Assembly (NCBI RefSeq): GCF_964355755.1 | Contig: NC_092670.1 | Coordinates: 26,336,795-26,400,794 of the forward strand | Length of the DNA: 64,000 bases | DNA from: Antedon mediterranea | Taxonomy: Eukaryota; Animalia; Echinodermata | Direction of reading: 5' to 3' | Shown here: positions 13,201 to 24,460 of the stretch, piece by piece | Layout of the letters: every line of letters begins with the position of its first letter | Position numbering within the stretch: the stretch's first letter is position 1 | Translations under genes and position numbers: made by a program | The notes under the pieces: generated by a model | Databases searched by the model: none | Told to the model about the DNA's origin: nothing | The model's input: the letters and a program-made list of their open reading frames with translations, nothing else

Positions 13201-13668
13201 AATGCAAATTTTTCATCACTTTTACTGTGACACATTATCCGTTTACATGCAAATAATTTGCCTGTTGCGCCTTCTTCCACAAGATCGACAACACTGAAGC
13301 CACTGTGTAAACAAAATAATCAATAGTGATAACAAAATAAAAATGTCTTGTTTATGTTTATATTAAGTATTTGTGTGTCTTATTAAATGGTATTGTATTT
13401 TGCTAAGTTCTGGAAAACAAATTTCAGGTTAATTTTTTTTGGACAATAAATTGTATTTTAAATCTTATTATAAATCTTGAGTCATAAAAATATAATATTT
13501 GATATATAAAACATAATTCCATTGAATATGTTATTATCTTTCCTTTACGCTATACTGAAGGTTTATCAAAATGGGGAATTAATATACTTACCCTTCTCCT
13601 AATCTCTTATGGACATAGAATGCTCTGGAGTTGATTACCAACTTTTCCTTAGTACAGTTACAGCCCAT
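1133..13668 (-). CDS. STK16: Serine/threonine kinase 16 (MPSK1, NAK family), spliced CDS join(13592..13668,13080..13302,9955..10097,8137..8257,7647..7742,1639..1763,1133..1259), 912 nt, 303 aa
   Basis: All introns are GT-AG with compatible phases. Protein: MGCNCTKE...LGEGGFSVVDLV...FACKRIMCHS...HPNL...AHRDIKPHN...MDFGS...EAIALQDTAGEKCSMLFRAPELFHVESHCVINEKIDIWSLGC...GDSIHLAV...ERPTIEW...ENRV*. The N-terminal Gly/Cys lipidation motif and the extended activation segment are typical of STK16. Confidence 0.95.
1639..1763 (-). CDS. STK16: STK16 coding exon 6 (SLGCTLFNMAYLYSPFEPIYIKGDSIHLAVIGRNFKFPEGS)
   Basis: Acceptor ctttag, donor gtaagt; completes DIWSLGC. Confidence 0.94.
2162..2310 (+). mobile_element. 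LINE RT C-terminal fragment (CR1/L2 group)
   Basis: KVNPSKCKLMQVCF...LEVVSETRV resembles the post-YADD 'NxxKCKxM...LExV' thumb region. Confidence 0.55.
2441..3049. mobile_element. MITE with 11-bp TIR CAGGGGCGGAT
   Basis: caggggcggat at 2441 and atccgcccctg ending at 3049; flanked by a 5-bp direct repeat AATAC. Confidence 0.7.
3292..6727 (-). mobile_element. Helentron-associated non-autonomous element (HINE/DINE-1-like) with internal ~615-bp tandem array
   Basis: 5' end TTATTTACCTCCGCCAAGGAGGTA; subterminal IR tacctccgcc (3318-3327) / ggcggaggta (6713-6722); 3' hairpin CACTC-TGA-GAGTG (3303-3315) and CTAG-TT end; (AAAC)n microsatellites; units start near 3387, 4001 and 4620. Confidence 0.8.
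6146..6446 (-). mobile_element. tRNA-headed SINE with Deu/Nin-like central domain
   Basis: A box TGGCCGAGCGG, B box GGTTCGAG; core TCGGATAAGGACTATAAACCGTAGGTCC...TTAAAGAACC...GAGTAGGGGGTTACCCCGGTG; LINE-like tail. Near-identical copy at 57066-57380. Confidence 0.82.
7647..7742 (-). CDS. STK16: STK16 coding exon 5 (DTAGEKCSMLFRAPELFHVESHCVINEKIDIW)
   Basis: Acceptor ttttgcag, donor gtatgt; RAPE motif; 96 nt, phase 0-0. Confidence 0.95.
8137..8257 (-). CDS. STK16: STK16 coding exon 4 (DIKPHN...MDFGS...EAIALQ)
   Basis: Acceptor tattttag, donor CAG|gtaaaa; catalytic loop and DFG. Confidence 0.95.
8800..9130 (+). mobile_element. RTE-clade LINE 3' end
   Basis: GTRPKGRPMLRVKDVGKRDLKS...NWEA, a C-terminal 'SCRS.IGLLSHSRPC' segment, and an RTE-type tail cgagaccgacggctggcaaga. 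Confidence 0.75.
9225..9332 (-). mobile_element. Rex1/L2-like RT fragment
   Basis: Translates as PVLYSLFTSNFRSANDKCSVIKYADDTVIT (YADD active site). Confidence 0.7.
9955..10097 (-). CDS. STK16: STK16 coding exon 3 (RGMLQEALD...PTPIAHR)
   Basis: Acceptor tttacag, donor gtatgt; ends within the HRD motif. Confidence 0.93.
10340..11870 (+). mobile_element. Degenerate Gypsy (Gmr1-like) LTR retrotransposon: gag knuckle, protease, integrase N-terminus, PPT and 3' LTR
   Basis: CKRCKKVGHIERFC (10376-10417); ILIDSGCDMTLV (DSG at 10526-10534); CVHD...YP...LPRDVILGREFP; KDGILF...EQLVVPYPCR; PPT aaagaggggggaag followed by TGTAAT at ~11450. LTR end is approximate. Confidence 0.8.
12027..12810 (-). mobile_element. 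Helentron-type dispersed repeat family (other pieces at ~14490-14561, 42880-43400, 52330-53400)
   Basis: Shared 3' module gcggataac + hairpin (aactcatc..gatgag) + aaatctag; shared body (tgacgtcacaacat...cgtatctacaattcaa...aataagtgacccaagttattcacgc). Confidence 0.6.
13080..13302 (-). CDS. STK16: STK16 coding exon 2 (GFSVVDLVEE...LLILPFYR)
   Basis: Acceptor tttacacag, donor gtgagt; contains the Gly-loop end, the catalytic Lys (FACKR) and HPNL. Confidence 0.95.
13592..13668 (-). CDS. STK16: STK16 coding exon 1 (MGCNCTKEKLVINSRAFYVHKRLGEG)
   Basis: ATG at 13668; donor GG|gtaagt. The exon probably starts at 13838 after the acceptor ttataattcag. Confidence 0.92.
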
Positions 13669-14755
13669 TTTGTTTCATAAATAGTACATAACATGTGCAA
13701 TTAGCATTAACGGAGCACAAATGACAATAGCGGTCTTTTCTGGCAATTTCTTGCTAAGAAAGATTCTATTGATCTAACTTATTCAGCACAACTTCCATCA
13801 GATCATTTTTTAGCTTGAGTGCTAGGGTATCAGTAGACCTGAATTATAAAAATGTAATTTTGTAAACTATTAATATTAATAACCAATTTGATTATCTGGT
13901 TTGAAAGTAAAACACTAGTCTAAAATCTTTGAAGTTGATATATATTTGTTCAAGTAGGTTAAGATACGAGAAAACTAAACTGGGTACTACGAGTACGAGT
14001 TGGACCTATAGAGGCATAACAATAGGCTTATTTGGGTATGAGATGGCATGGGTACGGGTTATTTTGGTTTACGATGGCATCGGTCATTGTGTACTGTATG
14101 GTCGTCGCTGGAGTATTCAAGAGAACAATTTATTAATACACATTCATTTTAATATATTACTTAAAATGAAGACTACATTTTTATACTTAAATCATAATTA
14201 ATTTAATTAATCATTTAAAAAAAAAAGAGCATACCTATTTTTTAACAAACTGCAATGACGTAATTTGTGGACCATTTGATTGGTCAGTTTTAACGATCAT
14301 AACGGCAAAGTTGAAACGTGTTCAACTTTAACGATTGAAGACTTTTTAACGTTAATTTTTACCCCCTTTTCCTGTCAAATCGTTTAATCTGTCAAACTCA
14401 ACGCAGTTTAACAACTGACAGGAAAACAGGCTTAAATAACAAAATTTTATTTTCCTCAAGTCATAATGGCATAGGCCCTAATTATTTTATGCGCGCAATT
14501 TATGACGTGCATGTGGTGCGGATAACTAACCCGTCAAAAGTAATAGTAAGTTCAAATCTAGCCTAGGCTAGGCCTTGTTTGTATTACTATTGAGACGAAT
14601 AGTGACCGTGATCAATATACCAACACAACCTAAATATCAACAGAATACAAATTATGTTGCTGTTTGGGTACAAGTTCACCAGCACAACACAGGAGACTAC
14701 TACTAGCTAGTACTGTACTTTCGCACCTACCTGGGCATTCTTCACGGTCACTCAC

Positions 14756-15000
14756 CATCAACTCCGCGCAGCAGGTAAATGTTTTAAAATTGGGTAAGCT
14801 TGGTGGTGCGATAGTGCAGTACACCGGCGCCTAGATAGCCGGATTCTAGCTAGCCTATTAAAGTAGGGATACAGGTCAGGCCGGTGTACATCGTGTTCGG
14901 CCGCAAACGGTTTCGGCCGCAATGTTTTGAATGCCCATATAAGGCGCTATGTATGGAGCGCCAACTATGCATCAACTTCCGTTTGTTCTGCTGGTCTTTT
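14756..15000 (-). promoter_or_regulatory. Probable STK16 non-coding first exon and promoter
   Basis: Locally GC/CpG-richer segment, donor-like ATG|gtgagt at 14756/14755, and an ETS-type ACTTCCG at 14975-14981. Inference only. Confidence 0.4.
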
Positions 15001-16206
15001 CATTGGGTTATTCCATTCTAAAAATGTGGGTGCATTCTAACGTGATCGATCGAAATTGACCGACATAAAATGTACGGCGTATTATCATATTACTTTCTGT
15101 GATATAAGTATTATTTAGAATGCTGTGGTTTGGATATATTTGAATCTATTTTAAATGATTTAGATATACGTTTATTATTATAATAATAATCTTAAACGGG
15201 CAATAAACTTGTAGGCCTACTTGTGTCTTGTACATTTACTCTTGCAGGCCTAATGTGTTCTAATAAAAACAGAAATGACCATTAAATCAGTTAATAATAG
15301 TTAATACATTAAGTATTTTAAAACTCTGGTTATATAGGCCTATTGTATGTCTAATAATATTGTATATTATCAACAATACTTAAATAAGCCTATTCCTTCG
15401 TAAGAAAATAGGAAGAACAAAATAACATTACAGTATTTCGAAATTCCTTTTTTATAGCGATTTTTGGAAAAATTAATATTTAGTATAGGCTTGAATTATT
15501 TCAGGATTATACAGTAAAACCTACCAACATTGGATTGCGAAAACTCTGAAAAGGCTACTACTGCTATTGTTTTAAAACAATGAGGGAGTGTCTTGAATTC
15601 TATCTTAGACAATGAAGGTGGTGTAGCATGGTTGTTTTTTATTAACATAACAATGAAATGTGTTACGTTTTGTGTCTTCAATTTGTTGAAGTGTTATTAA
15701 CAGCAAAGTTAAATATAAAAATAATAGTGAATTATTTTATGTTTTTAATAATTAGAGGGAAGCTAGCTTGCTTGTTGTATGTGATTAATGGAGATGTTAA
15801 TATTAATGTTACATTTTATTATGTTATTTATCCAATATTTACTATTTTTATAAATTGTCACGATTGTTGTAATTCAGTTTGTTAAACTGCAAGAACAATT
15901 TAAATAAATAAACCTTGCTTATTATTGTTGTTGCGTCCGTTTTCACTTACATTTCTTTTCTTACGTTATGTTAATATAATATGTTCATTATTGGTTTATA
16001 TTTATTTTACTCTGTACAGTATTTGTAAAAATAAATGTTATTAAAGTTGTGGTATACATTACTGATTCTGATTTTCTAATGTACAAATTATATGTGGCAA
16101 ACTTCACCGACATTGATATACAGTAACAACAACGATAAATGAAGAAAAACATAATTAAAAGTTAATATTTATTTGTAAAGTACACACTCTTCTTCATTAT
16201 AACTTA

Positions 16207-17533
16207 CTAGCAATTATACCCGCCCCAGGGCGGGTTTCAAAATTAGTTTAAAGCCTTCTCAACACCCAACGCCAGTATCTGTCTATACTCACCAACCTCC
16301 ACCCTTCTTCAATACCACCCCATACTATTTTTTAAAAACAAATTCTTCCCAGTGATGGACAAATTCAATTCAACGTAAGCTTCCAATTGAGAGGAGTATA
16401 CATAGCTATGTAATTTAATAATGGTTGAAGTACGTTGTAAATTGTGTAAATGAATAGGTGTCATATTGGCTAATAATTAAAATATCTAATTTAGATACTG
16501 CGAGCCTTCTTTCTCCTCTCACCACCCCAGTCACAATCAACAAACCTTAACTCCTCCCCTAGAGACAGTTCAAATATAGTAACTTTTCCTAGTACAATTC
16601 CAAGCATATAGGCTACTTCATTACGCCAGTATTTTCGCTCTTCCACCTCCCCCTACAAACACACCCCAGATACACTGGGTGATGTGTTGAAGACGGTTCC
16701 AGTACAAATTATGTTATTATCACTCCCAACCCATAATCCCTCAGTGGCAGTTTTCAAATGTAGTTTAAAACATTCCAAATACAGTTTCGGTCATGGTGAC
16801 AGGCCTACATCCCCACCCCAAACTCCCAGCCGCTTCCCAGGAATAATTAAATACTTTAACATTTTCCAAACACAATTCTGGTCTAAGCAAAACCCCCACT
16901 ATCCCCTGAACCACAACTCCCAAGCCCAAGTTTTTTCCTTGGAGGCATCGGGATGTAGTTGAACACAGTAACGGTAAACAACGTGTGTATGTTCACACAG
17001 GAATGGATGTCTGTGTGTAATGAGAAAATCCAAGAGACCGATACATAGCTGGATATGGTTAAAGTACTTTGCTAAATGTGTAATTGAATAGGTGTCATAT
17101 TGGTTAATGAATAAAATACGTATATCTATATCTATATTTCCCCAAACACCTAGCTGAGGATAATTAAAATACTGTAAAATTTTTGTAGTATACAATTCGA
17201 TAGCCTACAACCCCTAGCAAAAATGACATCACAAACCACCAGGTAAAACCGTCCGGGTACAATTGCCATCATTTTGATACCCCATATGTATGGTTACATG
17301 CAGAAACAGAAATTTGTATAACGAACAAACATCGAAAGTGGGGATTTTGACCACATTTTGGTCCCTAACTTGGATCCTAGGTGGCGGATGATGTTCAAAT
17401 ATAGCTTAGAACATTCCCGGTACAATTGCGGTCATTTTGATACCCCATATGTAAGATTATGTGCAGTAACAAAATTTTGTATAACGAACAAACAAACAGA
17501 CAAACAGACAAACTCTCTCACTTATAATATAGA
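16207..17533 (-). mobile_element. Non-autonomous canonical Helitron
   Basis: On the minus strand it starts A|TCTATATTATAAG with a (GTTT/GTCT)n microsatellite and ends in a GC hairpin ACCCGCCC-nn-GGGCGGGT (16218-16235) then CTAG|T. Confidence 0.85.
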
Positions 17534-18359
17534 TAGAAGTGCATATCCTTAAATTAATCTAATAGATAGTACTGTATATAACTTTCATTCTTTTCAGTCT
17601 TAAATATCGTTGGGGCACATTTTCCGACCGGTACAAAAATGAAAACATTTCATTATCTTATGTCATTATTTATAATTCAATCTTTATATAAGAAAAAAGA
17701 AAGCATGATTTTATGTTCAATATCACAAAATACACATTAAATCTCATTTAATTTGATTTATAAATAACATTTTGTTGTACTTAGTTAATAATAAAACGTC
17801 AGATATTTATGACTGTATAATCTCACATAAAAAAAGTAGGGTAAGTGATCTAAATATAACATCGAAACTTTGCTGTATAATGTCTAATTTCATAACGTGA
17901 TTCACTAGTTATTACAAAAGTTAGTAAAAAGACTTAAAAAAAACAGTTGTTTGTTTGATTTCATCGTGTTACATGAAAAAGAAAATTTTGTAAATATATA
18001 ATTTTGTGTGTTTTCGCTTGCATCGTTATTCATTTTGGTTTGATTTATTACAGTAAGGCCTCTAAAGTTAAAGTTAAAAAGTATAGTCACCTACAAAAAT
18101 GACACAAGCGCAGTCGGTTACTTGCAAGAAGTTTGGCTAAACAATGACCATTAATAACGCTTTTAAGTTAGGCGTTTACCGTCACACAATACACACACAC
18201 ACAAAATTCGATACATTTAAGGATTCTTTTTTTGTAATCGGTAAAACAATAACCGGAGTCCGCGCATCTTTATAAGAGAACATCATTTTAGGGAATATTA
18301 CTTATTTCTGAATTGTCATCTGAATTGTTAACTACACTTTTACTGTTTATCTACGAACC

Positions 18360-18700
18360 ATGAACGATTGTATTGAATGTCGCAAACCCGTAACGGAACA
18401 GCAAGAAGAACTGTTTTGCGAAGAGTGTGACACTGTCAGAGATGGCAACATCGTCGGTGTGACTCAGGAGTGAAAAGAGCATGCAGCGTACAGGTTAGCC
18501 GTCGAAGAGGGTTTTATTGATTGGACATGTAGAGAATGTGCTCCAGAAAACAACGTCCAACCGGTGCCGAACACGACGGTATTCGTCAACCAACCCTCGT
18601 ACTCACCAACTCCTCGTACCCAAAATGTTAGCTCGATCGTACCCATGGCATGGTACGGGCTGGCTCGTACCCATCATGGGCTGGCCGGTACCCATGTTTA
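18360..18700 (+). pseudogene. Frameshifted PHD-finger coding relic, probably from a DNA transposon
   Basis: MNDCIECRKPV...LFCEEC / CQRWQHRRCDSGV / AYRLAVEEGFIDWTCREC (C4HC3 pattern across two frameshifts), followed by GTACCC-type subterminal repeats. Confidence 0.65.
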
Positions 18701-20279
18701 ATGCTATTTAAAGTATATTTATATTACATTTACACATAGTTTTATTACATTTTTAGATACCAATCATAATGATCGATAATATAATGGCAAAAACTACTGA
18801 CCTAAATAGTGTAATAATTACAGACTCGTACGAAAAAAGCACAGCTTCCACTGTTTATTTGGGTCATTGTTTATATTAATTATACACGTCGAGCCAAGTT
18901 AATAATTGAGGGCGCTATTGTACATGGAGGCAAAGTAGTGTATGTTTTGAGGATGCAAAAATAAACGCGAGAGACACTATGTGCGCCTATTTCAAGGGCG
19001 CCTCGCACGTCGAGTAGGGATACGGAAGGTTATTGTATAGGAAATAGGCTATATAACAGAAGAATAATATGACTGTCAAATTAAGATTTAATACGAATTA
19101 ACATATAAAATGTACTGTTATCTTTATAGAAAGTTCAAATGAATCATATTTTTATGTTTTTGAATACAAATTTGTCTTTCAATTACCTGGAATTGTTGAG
19201 GTACCTGGAATATCTACCATATTGTATTTCTTTTATTTGCAAATCAACTTTTTTTAAATTATTATTTACATTAATTGTTTATCATTGGACAAAGATAGAG
19301 AATTTAATACCTAGCTTTAGAAACACTTTTTCATCAGAGTGAATAAATATATTAGGGGCATATTATTGGTAATAATAATAGGCCTACAAAGTGTATGCCT
19401 ATATTTGTAATCAACAATATTATACAAATAGTCGATCTGTCTATAAGGGGATACATAATACAATGAATACGGTAGGCCTACCAGTAGGCCTAACATTATA
19501 GGAATTTATACTCGTACGAGTATATTTTTTTACTGAAAAAAAAACCAATTATTGTTAATTATCTATTAATTTTAATAATTTGATATAAATAATTATTATA
19601 TTATGCTTGTAACACTCCGAACTTTCGTGCATTCATCGTAATTTTATATGCCATGTAATGCCTAACATTTTCATTATTGGTAAGGTATATCAAGGAAAAA
19701 ATATCCATGGGGAGGCCTACTTTACCCCTTTTATTATAGTACCCTTTCTTTATAGATCAACTTTCTTTGACAGTGGGATGATGACATTTGTCACCCACTG
19801 TTTAAGAGGCGACATTTTTTAGTACACCTCCGAGCAAAAGGCATAGATGGTATCAATCATCTGTTCACCACCTCCTTGGAGGGCTTCTGCCGTAGCACAA
19901 TCGAGGCCAGCTGCTTTGTTGGTTTTCATAGCTGTGATAGCTTCTGCAGTTTCTTCACGTGTTGGAGGGTCAGTGCAGATTGGAAGATCGTCACTGGCAG
20001 GAGCAGGTAGATCTGATGGGGCCAAGCCACTGTCATTATTCAGAATAGAGCTAAAGTAGTTCTTCCACTCTTCAAGAAGGTGTTCTTCGTTCTCTGGTGG
20101 CTCGCCATTCCTCAGTTTCACTTTGATCTTTTTCTTGGGGTTTTTCACGAACAACGTGTGTATTATGTTCCAGGTGGTTGCGTAATGCCCTCGCTCGTCA
20201 GCAATTCGAAGATCTTCCATTTGCTGGTGAAGACTTGCAGCCTCATCGTCTTTGTATGAGTCGCTTAGTCGAGTATTAA

Positions 20280-20905
20280 AGACCCCTTCCCTGCAATTTT
20301 GGACGTTTTTTGGAAAATAATACATATATATCACTTTAAAAACATTAAACCATGTCATTCCTTGTCTTAAATGTACGTTTTATGGTAAATTATGATAAAA
20401 AGTGAGAAACAATGCACTACCTAAGTAGCTCGCGGCGATCGAACTCTCGTGGACGGTCTCAGGCCTAGCCTAGCTAGGCTTAGTTTTGTAGGCCTAGCTG
20501 GTAAACATCGGTAACGTACGAACATCGTACGCTAGCTATATACCTAGCCTGACGTTGTATAGTTGCTGCATTAATTGTCTTTCTATTTTTGCCAGACTCC
20601 GTTGATACAAATTGGGGAACACCCGGTATTTTCGCTGAAAAGTTAGGAGTCTTCCATTTGTTTTGGCTTCACGATCGATCGAAAAGTGGGCGAATTACAG
20701 GTGAAAAACAAAAATATCAATCCGCGCGCAATGCATTTTGGGATTTATAGCGGGCCGCTATAATTATTAAAATCGATTTATTTTTCACATTTTTAACCGT
20801 TTAAAGACGAAAAAAGTTATCGCAATAGGACCATATAGTATTATTTTTACATTAAATATAGTTTGTGATCTTAAATTAGATCTAAAAAACGTAGGGAATG
20901 GGGCT
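20280..20905. mobile_element. Kolobok-like non-autonomous DNA transposon
   Basis: Termini AGACCCCTTCCCT / AGGGAATGGGGCT flanked by TTAA (20276-79, 20906-09). Removing it restores the LINE frame RKFNTRLSDSYK. Confidence 0.85.
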
Positions 20906-21266
20906 TTAAACTTCCTCTACCTTGCTCTGGCTTGGGGAGATTTTGATAGTAAGAACCTCTTCTTAACCTCATCTCCTTTAAGCTTGAGGTTGGTTGTCTC
21001 TTCAGATACCCAACTGTGCAGTTCATGTTTTTTCTGTCTGCCAAGCACTTTCTCAGCTGCATCACCTACTGAAGTTGCAAAAGACTCGTACCTTTCTGAT
21101 ATGTCTAATGATTGGTCATCTAAAGACAGTGTTTGGAAACGATTTGATAATTCAAGTTGGAACTGCTCCTTCTTTTCTGGATCTTCTAGCTTCCTCCAGT
21201 CTAACTTAGGTCTCTTGAATGCCTTTTTCTTGGTTAATCTTAGACTTGTAAGAAGGTGGATGCTTA

Positions 21267-22093
21267 AACCAGACTTCTTATTATATCACCAGATTGTAAA
21301 TTCAATTCCAAAGCTCTGGAAACAGAAATTAATTGAACAAGGTGTAAACACAACTAATGAAGTTGAATCCAAATTACAGACATTAATTTCTGTGAAAACG
21401 AGAAATTGTCATTATATCTATAAACACATTATATTAAAAAATGTTGAAGAGCCAATTGGAATTGAATCCAAATGGGAAAAGGAGTTTGACAACAAACTTG
21501 ATTGGAAAAACCTTTTCTCAAATTTACACGCCTGTACAAATGACACTAAGCTAAAAAATGTTCAATTTAAATTTATTCATCATATAATTTATACAAATAC
21601 AATGCTCTTTAAGATGTCAAAGGTCGATTCACCAATGTGTAGTTTTTGCAAGGAAAAGTAAGAAACACTGCTACATATGTTCTTTGAATGTGATCTGGTA
21701 AAGAAAATTTGGGAAAACGTAAAACAATATATGTATCGAAATATCAACAATAACTTAATTATCACCAAAGAAAGTATATGTTTTGGTTTTGGAAAAACAC
21801 ACAGTGATGCAAACATTTTAATTTTACAAAGTGGTACATATTTAGTTGCAAAATAAAAAAACAATTACTTAATTATAATCATTTATTTCACATTTACCAA
21901 AAATACAAGGCAACCATATTTTTAACAAAATGATTATTATAAAGTGTATTTTTGCGATACATTATTTTTATTATTTTTTTTCCTTTAATTTCATTACTCT
22001 CTTATTTTTGAGAGAGTATTATATCGTTTTAATAGTTACGTTGCCTTTATATATTAATTTTGTATTATGTATGTGTTGAAATGAAATAAAAAA
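21267..22093 (+). mobile_element. 5'-truncated L1/Tx1-clade LINE with poly(A) and 17-bp TSD
   Basis: zf-RVT-like DTKLKNVQFKFIHHII...CSFCKEK*ETLLHMFFEC; AATAAA plus A-tail; TSD aagaaggtggatgctta at 21250-21266 and 22094-22110. Confidence 0.9.
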
Positions 22094-23432
22094 AAGAAGG
22101 TGGATGCTTACGATGCGATGATCGGAGTCCAGTTCGACGGAGTTGTAGGCTCGACAATTTCGCAGGAAGTTTACCCACTTGCAGTTTATAAGGATGTGAT
22201 CTAGCTGATGTTTTGATCCTGCTGGGTGAGTCCAAGTCCATTGCCTCTCACGTGGATGGGAAATCTTGACTGTGCAGGACGAAGTTTGTGTTCTACACAC
22301 AGCTTTACCAGTCTCTCGCCGTTATTGTTAGTCTCATCATGATAACAGCATCTCCCAACAACATCAGGATGTGTAAGATGGCTGTCAGCACCAATTCTGG
22401 CGTTGAAGTCGCCAATAATAAGGTTGATGTTATGTCTCTTCACTTGCTCCAGATGTTCTGCAAGTGAAGCATAGAAGTCTTCCTTTGTTGATGAAGGCCA
22501 CATTCAGTAGGACCATACACAACAGTTATGCAAAAGCTGGGGCTTTCCATTGAATGTGACGTAAAAAATTCTTTCTGAGATGCTTTCAATCTTCTTGATG
22601 CACTTGTAGATTGATTTGGACATGACTAGACCAACACCACCTATTCTCTGGCTAGTGGCAGATCCATAGACAAATACATAATTTCTATCATCTGACCAGA
22701 GTTCTTCTGTTTGGCTGGTGGTAATAAGTCTGTGTTCCTGAATGCTGATAATGTCGATACCAGCATCTGCGCAGTCGGTAAAGAGCTGATGGAGTTTCCC
22801 AGTCTGGTACACAGTGTGTACGTACGTTATATGTTGAGATCACAAAGGCTTTAAAGGCAGACAAGCGACAATAATCAGGACCAGCAGTTCGTGATGGGTG
22901 TCGAGTTCTCGTTGGCCCGTCATGAAGTCAGTAGTAGACTGCCGACCGGCTGCCTTCCATTGTTTTTGGATTTTTTTTTTAGTTTTCGTAGTCAATATAA
23001 GTTTGCTAGAAATTGTTTTTCTCCGTTCCTAGCACGCGACTAAAAATACTGAATAGATGAGGGGCGTATCAATTTGATCCCTAGTGCGCGTGCGTACACT
23101 TGAAGCCTTTTCCACTATACTAGGCGAAATTGTTCGCACGAATCAAACGTTTCGAAGAGAAAAAAAATCGCCTACTCTCTTTCAATTCCACTAACATGAG
23201 CGAATAGCTGCGACGTTCATGTTCCTCGCGTGACTTTTCAATTCGCATGAGTGCTCATGAAAGCGTCATAGCTCATTTCCTGAGCTCTGATTGATTGCGC
23301 AATATTTCGCTTCACAAAAAGTAGAAACAATTCGAACTAGTAAATTTCGCTGAAGCAAAAAATCAAAGGAATAAATTCGTCGAAGAAGGGAGTATGGCAG
23401 ACAGAAACTTGAGTTTGAACAATACCATGAAA

Positions 23433-23504
23433 GCCCCAGTGGTCTAATGGTTAGGACAGCTGCAGATCAAGCAGACGGTCCGAGTTCAAGTCTCGGTTGG
23501 GGAG
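23433..23504 (+). tRNA. tRNA-like gene or pseudogene (Arg-like body, ATC at the anticodon position) carried in a repeat unit
   Basis: Cloverleaf: CCCCAG/TTGGGG acceptor, GTCT/GGAC D stem, CTGC/GCAG anticodon stem, CCGAG-TTCAAGT-CTCGG T arm; T6 run at 23506-23511. Partial copies at ~23800 and 61677-61722. Confidence 0.55.
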
Positions 23505-23849
23505 ATTTTTTCTCATTCTCACAGATTTCCTCATCTTTATCGTTTGAAATGAATTAATTAATTTTCAGTATATCACCAGGTGGTTTAGTGTGTATTCTGT
23601 GCGTGTGATGTTTATATATACATTATATAAATATCTCTTCTGAGATCCCGCCTCGTGAATAAAATACTGTTAGATGAGTGCGTATCAATTTGATCTGTGG
23701 TGCGCATGTGTACAATTGAGGGACTAGTGCTGTTTCGACATACCACGCCGAGAATGTTAAAGAGTCGCTATTCAATCGAGTTTGAACAATACCATGAAAG
23801 CCCCAGTGGTCTAATGGTTAGGACGGCGGCATATTAGGGGGTAGACGGG

Positions 23850-24460
23850 ATTGTCAAAAAATGGACCAAAACAATATAGAGTGACTCTCCGACCCCATAA
23901 AGTATAAAAATGATATAAACTTAAATACAGAAAAAGTAACACAAATAGGACCTATATACAACAGTTTAAAATAACATTTCATTGCGGACAGGTGTTTGAA
24001 GCAGGTTTTTCTTAAGTGAATATATAAATGATGACAGGGAAAAACTATCTTTAACATTTGGAGGCAAGTTATTGAACAGACGTGGAAATGAATTAAAAAT
24101 ATTAGGCCTATAATGAACAAAATTCGTTCTTGAAATACTATGGACAAATACTACAGAATTAAGGTATTGTAGATTTTGAGTAATGTACCGAGTCTATTGA
24201 AATATCAATTTTCTTGTATAAAATCTTAGCGATAGAAGTAATTCCCAAAAACAAAAATCTATTTGAAAGGCTTATACCAAGACGATAAAGAAGGATTTCA
24301 TAAGGAACAGTTAAATAATTATTTTGTAACGTGGGCCTAGAAAAACATAATCTGGTGACCATACACTGATTTTTTCAAGATCCTTAACACACCAAGAATA
24401 ATTACATGAAAATCGAAAATGATAACATTTGGATTGTCTGAATAAATACTTTGGGTACAA
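23850..24460 (-). mobile_element. CR1-group LINE 3' relic
   Basis: FNNLPPNVKDSFSLSSFIYSLKK-like C-terminus followed by a 3' tail. Confidence 0.55.

Larger units (their letters stand above)
19800..22950 (-). mobile_element. RTE-like LINE (AP endonuclease to RT start), 3'-truncated, two nested insertions
   Basis: IISIQEHR, GGVG, GDFNAR, QLDHILIN, SDHRIV, FQLELSNRF, MKTNKAAGLD; stops and frameshifts present. Confidence 0.9.

Noticed and set aside
15500-15660. Possible exon of a gene divergent from STK16
   Set aside because: An acceptor-like tttcag is present, but the frames I read close quickly and no donor or homology is evident.
20984-21661. Longest ORF in the track (225 aa, + strand)
   Set aside because: Chimera of antisense RTE sequence and the inserted L1/Tx1 fragment, joined at the TSD; not a gene.
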